From: Phoronis australis
Taxonomy: Eukaryota; Animalia; Phoronida
Direction: 5' to 3'
DNA: 64,000 nt
Assembly (NCBI GenBank): GCA_002633005.1
Contig: NMRA01000292.1
Span: 1-64,000 of the forward strand
The notes below the pieces were generated by a model. The model was not told the DNA's origin. It did not search any database and saw only the letters and a program-made list of their open reading frames with translations. The position numbers and the translations under genes are program-made. Of this stretch, positions 53,601 through 64,000 are shown piece by piece (the stretch's first letter is position 1; the number at the start of each line of letters is the position of its first letter).

Positions 53601-56600
53601 AACACGAAGTAGGACAGCGGGATATGTTAAATGTCTGGCATTTTAAAATTGTTACTGCAAGTCATTTTTAGCCATGCCAAACATTGACTGACTGACAAAC
53701 TTAAAATTACAGAAATAAATGACAAAATTTGCAATATGAATGTGATACGCGATATTAAGACACATGCCACTTCCAACAAACAGATTAAAAAACATGTAGA
53801 AGTCATCTAAAACAAGGCACATAGTCACAATTACCGTAATCGTTCGGGTTAACGCCCTGGGCGGTTAAATTGGCGAACCCAAAAAATCGGGGGTGGGCGG
53901 TTAACCGGACATGGGCGCTTAAACGTGAAATTTCAAGAAATCCAGGGTGGGCGGTTAACCGAACATGGGCGCTTATTACGACAGGCAACCGCCCTGGGCG
54001 GTTAATCTTACCTNTGGTTTAACAATTAGCACACATCAAATACTATTTTTCATTGATGCATTAAATTTTCTCCACACCAAAGGAAGTTGGGATACGTGAT
54101 AAAACATATGAGTAACCCAAGCAGACCAGTCGTAAGCAATGCTAAGTTCCGTGGCAATTATCAGCTTGTCAAATGTTGGAAACGTTGACAGAGAGATAAA
54201 CCATAATTTCGTAAAACCAATTCTGTGTAATCACTATGTCATCTGCCTTTGAGAGCCATGACATAACAAGTTAATACACACACTCTGATAAATGTTCACG
54301 GCTGAATTTTCAACAATATATTTTTTTAATGCATAGTTTCTGATGTAACTAGCTCAATACCCAACCTTCGAATATCTCAACTACTCAAACAAATACTACA
54401 TTTTAATATTTTGTTCATTGTTCATAAATAATGCAGTGGGACAGTAACCAACTATAAACAGATTACAGTACTAAGTACCTCTATCAAACTGTCATCACCA
54501 TGCTTTGCAGATTTTGTGACTGGTTCATCAGAGGTCCTGCAATATATTAAATTCAACGTGATAAAGATGACAAAGCAATTTACACACAAACACATAATAT
54601 TATATGTACGTGCTTAGCACTTGATGTAAATCAAAATTTGCAACGGAAGTGATATAGACAACTCAACGAAAAAAATGTCCTTATTTCTAGAACAGGCCAA
54701 AAGTTAAATCTGCCTGAAAATCTATAGATGTCTTTAACATATTTGAAAACACGATTAGCTAATAACTAAATGCAGGGCAAGATGAAAAGTTGCCCGTATA
54801 GATTCATTAATAGACGCATACAAATCATGAACACCTATGGGCCATTGAATGTCAGATGTAGCTTCCAACAACGCATTTTCCACAGAATCAAAAGGGAAAA
54901 AATCAATTCCAGATCTCTTACTTTGAATCGAAACCTGACCTCACCCAACAAAATGATAAACAATACACTGAAAAACGAGTGGGCTTAATTTAATGAGTTT
55001 TATGAAAGTAGGCCACAAGCCACTCAGGAGCCAGAACTTGTGGGTAAATGTGCTTATCAAGCAGCCAAAATACATGATCAATATTGTGGAATAAAAGTGA
55101 AGTTCCAGTGTGTGAGAAAAAAAGACAGTTTTAATTTTAAAGAGTTGTCTAGTTCCATCAGCTATAGGGCTTGCCAAAATTTGTGAAGAAAATTTATTTA
55201 AGAAAATCCAATAATTACACAAAAAGCTGAAACATTTAGCTACCAAATGTCATCAATAATTGAATGAGCCATTCCTTAACTTTTTTGAAAAACTAAAATA
55301 TTCTAAATTTTACCGACAACATTCTTACTTTTCTGCAACCTTGACACCATCCTGATTATCGCTGTCACTGACTGCAGCAAGTTTTGCATGATCCACAGAT
55401 GTCACTAGTGTAGAGGATTTTTTGCCTGATGGATGATCTTTCTTCTCAATGCTAAGTAGACAAAACTGCACAATATTAAGGTTGCAAAAACCCCTCTTCC
55501 ATCACAAAAATCAACCCTTTGATTTAGACCACTTACCATTATGAAATTGATCTCAGATTGGATGGATTTTCTGCACCTGGAAAGAGTCAATATTTCGTTA
55601 TTGCTCGAGACCTGACACCTCACGGTGTGTTATTTTACTCACCAAACATGGTCTCTAGCAAAAACGAACTGTCAGTTCTTTGCAAGATCAGAAATCACTT
55701 CTCAGTTGAGTAAGGAACAAGTTGAGATTAATTTTATAGCGGTAAGTGAACTGAATCACAAGCTAGTTTCTTCGACAGAACCAGGATTTATAGCCGCATC
55801 AAATACTGCATGCTATATGTAAATCCGTTTAACAAACACGAAGTAGGAAAGCGGGATATGTTAAATGTCTGGCATTTTAAAATTGTTACTGCAAGTCATT
55901 TTTAGCCATGCCAAACATTGACTGACTGACAAACTTAAAATTACAGAAATAAATGACCAAATTTGCAATATGAATGTGATACGCGATATTAAGACACATG
56001 CCACTTCCAACAAACTGATTACAAAACCTGTAGAAGTCATCTAAAACAAGGCACATAGTCACAATTACATTGTGATTTCCACTAAACTGAAATTTTTGCA
56101 ATCTTTTATTGGTGACAGTGACATAATAACAACATTGCTAGCAATCGGAGTATGTGAATTGAGTATGAGACCAGTATTGTTTACTTTGTTTATTTTCTTA
56201 CTACCCTGAGCTTGGAACAATTATTGTACAACCTCAAACCTGATGTGAGACAGCACTGCCATCTATTGCAGAGAATATCTATTAAGGTCAGAATGTTGCA
56301 CTCAGCACAACAGGTCTAAATTTAAGTTAGGAAGATAGTAATCACAGGCAGTCATAAGTCCTACTTTCAGTTGAGAAAAATGTGTGAGAGTAAAGTACCT
56401 TTATTCAGGATTAAACCTNNNNNNNNNNNNNNNNNNATTTTGAAGTTAATCGATGACCCGTTACAATAATTTGTTACTGGTATCATAATTCACATTGCTA
56501 AACCGCGGTCTCTGAGGCCGTCGTTGCACTCAATGTTATCATCGATCTTAATCTAAAAGGTCGGGAATTCGCGTTTCCTATTAGCACAGGGCGGTAATCA

Positions 56601-59045
56601 CCAATCGTCAAAAGTAGGGGATGGGCGCTTAACCGAGAGGTGGGCGCTTAATTGGAAATCTTCAAAAATAGCAGGGGGGCGGTTAACCGAGCAGTGGGCG
56701 GTTAAATCGAAAATCCACCTAAAGTAGGGGTGGGCGGTTAACTGAGCATGGGCGTTAACCCGAACGATTACGGTACATTGTGATTTCCACTAAACTGAAA
56801 TTTTTGCAATCCGTTATTGGTGACAGTGACATAATAACAACATTGCAAGCAATCGGAGTATGTAAATTGAGTATGAGACCAGTATTGTTTACTTTGTTTA
56901 TTTTCTTACTACCCTGAGCTTGGAACAATTATTGTACAACCTCAAACCTGATGTGAGACATCACTGCCATCTATTGCAGAGAATATCTATTAAGGTCAGA
57001 ATGTTGCACTCAGCACAACAGGTCTAAATTTAAGTTAGGAAGATAGTAATCACAGGCAGTCATAAGTCCTACTTTCAGTTGAGAAAAATGTGTGAGAGTA
57101 AAGTACCTTTATTCAGGATTAAACCTGTTCAACATAACAGTACTGTTCAACTAGGCCCGGATAAGAAAGAGAAAATATTGGAAATCTGACTAACAAAACG
57201 GTAACCAAAAAAATAAAATATAACAATAAAAGGTTAACACTAAAACACGAAGAAAGGAGTTAGAGACTATACAAATAAATATTACACATGTACCTAGATT
57301 TAAAAATACCTGTGGGACATCAGACTCGAGATAGTTCAACAGCATGGTACCAGAGTAGAAGAATACATGTTTGCCAAAATTAGTCCTTAAAAGCCCTACA
57401 GAACATATAGCAAGAAGTGACATACACAATCAATGTCTGAGCGGCAAACTTCTCCAGTAGTTCCTCCACATCCGCCAGCGGTACGTCCACATTCAACAGC
57501 TTACTGACACTCTTAACCAAAACACTGACGTCGAGAGGCAGATCAAGACCCAGGTCCATCAGACAAGATAAGAGTTTCTTTTCAAAATCTCGACCAAGGT
57601 GAACTGCCTTATTAACAATGACAACAGAGGACGCTTCAGTAGGAGGAGAGGTACCACTGGTAGGTTGGACAGCTGAAGAGGCATTTGTTTCTGGAACCAA
57701 ACATTTCACAAGCTGCAAGCTGAGTATGCATTTAGGGATACCGTTACTATTAATACCACTACAGAAATCAGGTGAAACAGCTATTAAATCTTGAAACATA
57801 TCAAGTCATTGCATAATAATTATTTCAGGCAGTGATAAGCTCTGCATGGTATGTTCCAGAGTGAAAACCATTTTTAAAGTACTTTTGAGAAATAAAGGTG
57901 AACCATTTACAGTGGTGTTTTGACAGTCAAAATCGATGTTTATCAAAGTTATGACTGCATAACTTTGTTCACAGCTCAGGACATTTCTCCTGGGCACTAG
58001 GGAAAGAAATCTAAATTAAGGTTAATTGCATAATGAGTAATTCAATTAGGCTAAACAAATCTGCGATAGAAGATTAATTGACTACCCCAATGAACAGAGC
58101 TCAGGTACTCGATAAAATGGTTCAGTACTTTGAGCCATTTTGTGTGCACCCATGAACATGATTTGTCAAAAGCAACCCAGCCGAACAATATGCTGTCCAA
58201 TGGCTTTTACAACTGAAAAGGTTCGCAGTGTCTTTTTCCATTTAGTTTTGGTTTTTGGCTCACAATTTCATTTTGTTTTTTCAACTTCAATCAAAATACA
58301 ATTAAAAAATTTCTAAAATGCAAGTGAAATTTGCTACATGATCTCCTACAATTTCACAAGAACCTATCAGTAAGTCAGTTCTTCTACAGCAAATCAATCG
58401 AAGTACAGTCCTTTGAATGCCTTCAATTTTGTCTATGTTCTTCATCTTGATCCAATCATTATCAGAATCTTCCAATAATAATGTTACTTCATACATTTAC
58501 CATGCATGTTCATCCAAAATGACCTCAATCACACTGTTCGACTCAAAACAGTGACTAGTTCCGAAGCAGTACTTCAATTAAAATAAAAGTCAGTCAGCTT
58601 CTGGTTTCTCGTTTTTGGGAGACTTAATTCCCAACTGTACTTTGCAAGGTTTAAGGATGGTAACAGTAATGGTAGGACTCACAATTGATTTAGGCCAGAG
58701 CAGAAGCATGAACTTTAAAATTAGCGCGTAAGTACATAACGACACATCTATCCAACATTTCGGTTTATTACTCTAAACCATTCTCGAGGAAACAGTTTAC
58801 AGACTCAAAACAGGCGACACAGGTAGAGAAGAGACTGTACAGGCACACATCAAAATGGTAGTGTTCAAAAGCATGTTTCCAAAAGGAGACACCAGCCTAT
58901 TCTTACCGGTACCAGGCCCAGCACAAGCTTCACCCGTGATGTCAGCCACCAAACCTGCTCTTTCTTTCCTGCGCTTCAGTAACTTCTCTCGCATAGAACC
59001 TCGCTTAGTTTTGAGTGACTGGATTTCATTCCAAGTATCTGACAT
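41646..59045 (-). CDS. METTL3: N6-adenosine mRNA methyltransferase catalytic subunit (MT-A70 family)
   Basis: Exons (minus): 59045-58907, 57690-57426, 53208-53086 (copy 55451-55329), 52247-52190, 51208-51082, 50418-50299, 49932-49877, [missing exon, probably in N gap 49159-49861], 45247-45060 (copy 48165-47978), 43908-43761 (copy 46952-46805), 42917-42739, 41754-41646. Motifs [13 protein letters not shown] fingers ([11 protein letters not shown]...CKKLHF; [16 protein letters not shown]), catalytic [71 protein letters not shown]. Minus-strand AATAAA at 41399-41404. Confidence 0.96.
43863..44061 (-). repeat. 65-bp tandem triplication spanning a METTL3 intron/exon boundary
   Basis: CATAACCCCACAGCTTTAGACATT...GCTCTGCATAGTAAAAGTAATGTT at 43865, 43930 and 43995; single copy in the duplicate region (~46909-46975). 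Confidence 0.95.
44875..45052 (+). repeat. ~45-bp minisatellite, about four copies, abutting a METTL3 donor site (second copy ~47795-47970)
   Basis: CTGT(G/A/T)A(G/T)AG(G/T)TTAACC(A/C)A(G/A)TC...TAGTAACA repeats. Confidence 0.75.
46322..46506 (-). mobile_element. One end of a hAT-like element present in only one of the two duplicated copies
   Basis: Ends ...GGAAAATTCCAAGCCCTG (CAGGGCTT terminus, GCGGAAA subterminal repeats) directly before CAGAACACAAACG. The other copy (43452-43473) has unrelated sequence at this point. Confidence 0.6.
51724..57126 (-). repeat. Duplicated METTL3 segments (probable haplotype artefact)
   Basis: 51724-53833 versus 54015-56067 across the N at 54014, and 56068-56418 versus 56776-57126 across the short N gap. 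Confidence 0.85.
53834..56773. mobile_element. TA-target Tc1/mariner (pogo/Tc2-like) element, both ends visible (53834-54013 and ~56438-56773), middle broken by the assembly
   Basis: TA|CCGTAATCGTTCGGGTTAACGCCC ... GGGCGTTAACCCGAACGATTACGG|TA, with GGGCGGTTAA/GGGCGCTTAA subterminal repeats. Empty site CACAATTACATTG at 56060-56072. Confidence 0.85.
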
Positions 59046-59267
59046 CGTTGGGACTTGTTTTGTGTAAGATCTTCCTTTACATCGGTCTTTCACTTTCCAA
59101 CTATTCCTGCAGAACAAAAACATGTTATGCTCAATAATAAGGATGTGTACTTACAAAGCCGTCTTGGAACACAACTGTATTACATCTTGACTGTATAATA
59201 AGACTAATGCAATCAAATTTTATGACGTTTTTCACCATTTCTAAATGATGACACATTCTTCCAATAC

Positions 59268-60959
59268 AAACCCGACCTGGTCTCGATTGTTCCATAGTCA
59301 AAACACTTAGGTGCGATTTTTGGGGCACTCAGAAAAGGTCATTATTGCTTATGACATTTAAAGTTCTACATGGCACGCCTGTCATCAGGTGTGTTATTCT
59401 ATTCACTGCGCATGGTCTCGAGCAATAATGAACTGTCAGTTCTTTGCACAATACACATCTGATTAATAGCAAGGAAAAAGTTGAGTGGTGTGTGGTTTAA
59501 ATGGAAAGTTAGTTCCTTTGACGGAATGTAGGTTTACTGGTGGTTTAAGGCTATCATTTTGGAACATTTGGAATTAAGCTGTGCATTTTTCTGAAATGTT
59601 GATAAATAATTTAAGGATCAAATTTTTGATAGTGCAGCTGATGAAAGGCGATGTCAAAATGGCATTAAAAATCAGAGCTATTGCCCTCTTTGTCAGTCAC
59701 GTGTTAACCATTGACAATTAGAGCAGCTTAGGTCGTCGAGATCAAAATTCTATATCTCACCACTCCTTTTCAAAGAGGGCACCACCTGCAATGAAATAAT
59801 TGTTGTGTTTTTGCAAAAAAAAACATGTTACAACATTAGTTTAGACGAAGTCGACAGCATGTCTACTACAATTGTGCACATGTACAACAGAAGCAAAGCT
59901 GAACAACTTGAAGGCAATACCTCCAACAATTCATGGGCCATGGGAGCTAGGCGCAGCACTGAAATAAATGGGTGGCTACAGCCACAGGCGTCCTCAGCTT
60001 CTGATCGTCCCCAATACACTATATATAGTAGTATTATGTATAGTGTATTGGGGACGATCAGAAGTTGAGGACGCCTGTGGCTACAGCCACTANAAACCCG
60101 ACCTGGTCTCGATTGTTCCATAGTCAAAACACTTAGGTGCGATTTTTGGGGCACTCAGAAAAGGTCATTATTGCTTATGACATTTAAAGTTCTACATGGC
60201 ACGCCTGTCATCAGGTGTGTTATTTCATTCACTGCGCATGGTCTCAAGCAATAATGAACTGTCAGTTCTTTGCACAATACACATCTGATTAAAAGCAAGG
60301 AAAAAGTTGAGTGGTGTGTAGTGTGTGGTTTAAATGGAAAGTTAGTTCCTTTGACGGAATGTAGGTTTAGTGGTGGTTTAAGGCTATCATTTTGGAACAT
60401 TTGGAAGCTGTGCATTTTTCTGGAATGTTGATAAATAATTTAAGGATCAGATTTTTGATAGTGCAGCTGATGAAAGGCGAAGTCAAAATGGCATTAAAAA
60501 TCAGAGCTATTGCCCTCTTTGTCAGTCACGTGTTAACCATAGACAATTAGAGCAGCTTAGGTTGTCGAGATCAAAATTCTATATCTCACCACTCCTTTTC
60601 AAAGAGGGCACCACCTGCAATGAAATAATTGTTGTTTTTTGCAAAAAAAACATCTTACAACATTAGTTTAGACAAAGTCGACAGCATATCTACTACAAAA
60701 TTACAAAACGCTGGCGTAGTACGAATCAGGAATGAGTGCACATATACAACAGAAGCAAAGCTGAACAACTTGAACTGAAGGCAATACCTCCAACAATTCA
60801 TGGGCCATGGGAGCTAGGCGCAGCACTGAAACAAATGGGTGGCTACAGCCACAGGCGTCCTCAGCTTCTGATCGTCCCCAATACACTATATATAGTAGTA
60901 TTATGTATAGTGTATTGGGGACGATCAGAAGTTGAGGACGCCTGTGGCTACGGCCACTA
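59268..60959 (+). repeat. ~0.83-kb duplicate across a single N (probable haplotype artefact)
   Basis: 59268-60092 versus 60094-60959; N at 60093. Confidence 0.85.
60850..60946. mobile_element. 97-bp near-perfect palindromic mini-MITE (second copy 59983-60079)
   Basis: CACAGGCGTCCTCAGCTTCTGATCGTCCCCAATACACTATA and its inverse, flanked by 8-bp TSD GCTAC(A/G)GC. Confidence 0.9.
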
Positions 60960-61173
60960 CACCACTAGTCCTACAATCAGATGGTTAAGACAGCAAGAGA
61001 AGTCACAAGTACCGGTTTTGACAACAAAGATGGTTGAAAAAGCAACTTTTTCGAGCCTTTCGAGTGGAGTATTGTTCACTTGATAAATCTATCACTTTTC
61101 CAAGAGGTAACGGATCATAATCTTTACAAACCCTTCTGTGAAACTTAAGGTAACCCTTCTAGTCTTGACCTAT

Positions 61174-61482
61174 TGTGCGTGAACTTGGAATCCTGCTTAA
61201 TCTCCTTTAGGCCTACCGCAACTTGTGTCGCTGAACCGGAGGAATATATGAATGGCTAAATCGATTAGTGTTTGGTGAAACTGATCGCCCGTAGTTGAAA
61301 AGGTTGGGTAAAATTGACATTATTGTATTCAAATGTAACGTGATTTAGTGCAAAGCAAATTTTTATGAACATGAACATGATTATTTGAGTGAACTTGTCA
61401 AGTTGCCTCGCGTATTCTGAGTTCACGCAACACTCACTTCCGCTTAATCTTGAGATTACGCAGGATTCCAAGTTCACGTATA
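61174..61482. mobile_element. ~310-bp element with ~28-bp TIRs in the METTL3/PDCD6 promoter region
   Basis: TGTGCGTGAACTTGGAATCCTGCTTAATCTC ... GAGATTACGCAGGATTCCAAGTTCACGTATA. Interior block TTTGGTGAAACTGATCGCCCGTAGTTGAAAAGGTTGGGTAAAATT aligns to the reverse complement of ~28654-28702. Confidence 0.75.
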
Positions 61483-61541
61483 GCATCCCGGCTTCTGCTT
61501 GATTCAGGGGAGGACTCCAGGGGGCGCTGCAGAGTTGCAAA

Positions 61542-63965
61542 ATGGCGTATCCACAACCACAAGTCGATCTGTGGGGTATTTTTTCAAGGTGAGGTATATA
61601 AGTTGTTCTTCATAGTTCCTCAATTCCTAAGATCCTAGTTAAACCTCATTCCTGGAAGACGTTATGGGCTTGGTGAAGTATCTTGAAAACCAGTCGCCCT
61701 CTAAATAACATGCTGAGATGGCTTGCGTGATCAGAAATTACTTTCCGTTCGCGACCGGTGTAGCATAGCACACTTCCGCTTTTGAATCGCCAAAAACGAC
61801 TGACTGTAGAGCCTCTAGGCAATGACCATCGCCTCTGTTGGCCCGAAGCAGAGGCGATGTAGAGGCTATAGGCGCTCTGTACGCCGGAAGCTTTTCGGCG
61901 AATTATGCCTCGCACCGACTAAACCATCAAAGTCACGTTGTTACAAATACCTTTTGCGCATAGAGGAACACCTTAGGAGGTTGTCGATGTGTTTAATTCC
62001 TTCCAACTCGAACAAATACTCCCGTTATGAAACTTTTTCTTCGAGCAGTCCCTATTTCAGTTCCCAAAATCGTGAACTCAACTTTTTTATACTGCGCACG
62101 CTCCAATTCATGACCTCAATCTTTAAATAGGCCAAAGGTGAGCCATTGCGGTTTTGGCAGTCAAATGTTCGTTTCCAAAATGCCACCACTTATACTTGTC
62201 TTTAATTGGCGTTACTTGAAACTGATTGTATTTCAATGAATCATTGTTTGTATTTGATAAAAACAAATGCTGTTGATATGACATTTAATAGTCTTTTTGC
62301 ACATATTTGACATTTTAATGTTTAACAACACGGCAAATGCACGGCTGGTTCCCGGCAGCACGTACGCGAAGGGCGGGAACTTCAGCTTTCAAAGTTCGCC
62401 GGTAGGTCCGCAACTTCTGACCTTCGGCCTGGTTAAAAAAATGAAAAAGTTGAGTTCACGATTTTGGGAACTGAAATAGGGACTGCTCGAAGAAAAAGTT
62501 TCATAACGGGAGTATTTGTTCGAGTTGGAAGGAATTAAACACATCGACAACCTCCTAAGGTGTTCCTCTATGCGCAAAAGGTATTTGTAACAACGTGACT
62601 TTGATGGTTTAGTCGGTGCGAGGTATAATTCGCCGAAAAGCTTCCGGCGTACAGAGCGCCTATAGCCTCTACATCGCCTCTGCTTCGGGCCAACAGAGGC
62701 GATGGTCATTGCCTATAGAGCCTCCTGTCCTTGGTAGAAAGCTCGTTATTAATTCGTTTTCAACTGATTTCAGTACCCAGTAAAATTTTGAAAACCAGCT
62801 ACAGTAGTACAGTAATTGTCTCACTTTCGAGCCGTTTCAGTTCGGATTTTTAGATAATTTATTACACTATTACAGCACTTAACTTTGAAATAATAAGTAA
62901 ATTGTTGCTTATCTTACACACAGGCGTCCTCAGCTTCTGATCGTCCCCAATACACTATATATAATACTACAAGGTATGACACTCCCGACTAGAAATTCCA
63001 CGGGTGCTTCACTTCAGCCGTCCATAGCAAACATAAAACTCAATAAATTTACACAAAACAGGGGCTCAACAAACCATGAAGAATTGTTCTTTCTCCCAAT
63101 ACCATTCACGGTGTCCTGTTACGGCGACTTCGTAAGAAATTCGCAGTCAAAGAACAAAAATGTTCACAAAAAGCCCCCACACATGTCCTCCCTGGGCCCG
63201 TCGAGGTCAAGGACAGTACGGAAATTGCCGGTGAGTTACGGAAGTAGCGACATCGTGACTTTACGCGACAAAGCGGCAATTTCCGTAGTGTATTGGGGAC
63301 GATCAGAAGCTGAGGACGCCTGTGATCGTACACAATGACAGTGTTGCTGGTTTATCTTTGCACCAGTTCTGAAAGTTGTGGAGCAGCTGGTTGATATGTG
63401 AATCACTGAAGGAATTTTGGTTGAGTTAATCTGCCTGGCCTGACCTAGTTATATGCCCTAGATAAACAGTAATTTACGAAATATATAAATTTTTAATCAA
63501 AGCAAAAACTTTATGTGGTGATATTAGAAGTGACCAAGAGCACATTTTGCTTATTCTGTTTGACTATAACGTCAAGAATTTAGATGTAAATGCAAACCAA
63601 TTTATATTAGTTGGGGATCACTCCAACTAGTGCGAACAAAAAATGTTTTATTATCAATATAGTACAAGTAATTTCATGGAAAACAATTAAGAATAATAAA
63701 AAAATGTAAGTATTTACTGCAGTCATAATTTTTGAGAGGTATGGTGCCTTTTTGCAACTCTCTTGATATTCATGTGTACGCCTTATTCCTCAGTGTCGAC
63801 AGGGACCGGAGCGGGGCTATTTCAGCCATGGAGCTAGGCCAAGCATTATCAAATGGTGAGTGTGGAATGGTTTTGTTTAATTCGTGTGATCACATTTCTT
63901 CAGGATAGACAAGGATAGAAGCGGCAGCATTTCGGGCCATGAACTTCAGCAAGCGCTGTCTAATG
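61542..63965 (+). CDS. PDCD6: Programmed cell death protein 6 / ALG-2 (penta-EF-hand), 5' part; continues beyond the window
   Basis: Exon 1 61542-61588 (MAYPQPQVDLWGIFS, donor GTGAGG, phase 2). Two alternative 62-nt second exons: 63794-63855 (VDRDRSGAISAMELGQALSNG) and 63904-63965 (IDKDRSGSISGHELQQALSNG). Both match the ALG-2 EF1 pattern LWxxFxxVDKDRSGxISxxELQQALSNG. Confidence 0.85.
61816..62715. mobile_element. 900-bp Mutator/MULE-like non-autonomous foldback element in PDCD6 intron 1
   Basis: Nearly identical ~270-bp TIRs (TAGGCAATGACCATC ... GATGGTCATTGCCTA) and a perfect 9-bp TSD TAGAGCCTC at 61807-61815 and 62716-62724. Confidence 0.92.
62919..63324. mobile_element. 406-bp MITE with CA...TG ends and 8-bp TSD (hAT- or P-like), same TIR as the 97-bp palindromes
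   Basis: TIR CACAGGCGTCCTCAGCTTCTGATCGTCCCCAATACACTA at both ends; flanks ATCTTACA / ATCGTACA. Confidence 0.88.
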
Positions 63966-64000
63966 GTAAGAAGAGGTTGGAAGAGGTTGTGGCTATTAAA

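Noticed and set aside
43461-57126. Apparent internal exon duplications in METTL3, suggesting a doubled catalytic domain or mutually exclusive exons
   Set aside because: Introns are as similar as exons, encoded peptides appear identical, and each duplicate abuts an N join or a heterozygous insertion. This fits uncollapsed haplotypes, unlike the diverged PDCD6 pair. Read depth would settle it.
61822-62709. Two near-identical ~100-aa ORFs on opposite strands
   Set aside because: They are translations of the two TIRs of the foldback element; no protein motif.

Overview
AT-rich, intron-rich eukaryotic DNA, most likely from an invertebrate animal draft assembly (single-N joins and N gaps; species not identifiable from sequence alone). 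Four spliced genes were reconstructed by hand from GT-AG sites and reading frame: an SH2B/Lnk-family adaptor (minus, 7 coding exons, 596 aa), CENPV/GFA-family (plus, 4 exons, 138 aa), METTL3 (minus, one exon probably lost in the 49159-49861 gap) and the 5' part of PDCD6/ALG-2 (plus). They form two head-to-head pairs: SH2B<->CENPV and METTL3<->PDCD6. Introns and promoters carry a decayed L1/Tx1-type LINE, a Penelope-like GIY-YIG fragment, tRNA-derived SINEs, Helentron-like (HINE/DINE-1-type) elements with ~445-bp internal arrays, and several non-autonomous DNA transposons. Most 1-2.5 kb tandem duplications flank a single N and are probably uncollapsed haplotypes. Main observations: (1) a tandem pair of 62-nt PDCD6 EF-hand-1 exons separated by a 48-nt intron, a mutually exclusive exon architecture; (2) the same two-element arrangement (an inverted-repeat element ~60 bp upstream of an AAAATGGCG first exon, plus a MULE-like foldback just inside intron 1) at two unrelated genes, SH2B and PDCD6; (3) a triplicated 3' splice site in a METTL3 catalytic-domain exon in one copy only; (4) a presence/absence TA-target transposon seen as both filled and empty alleles.
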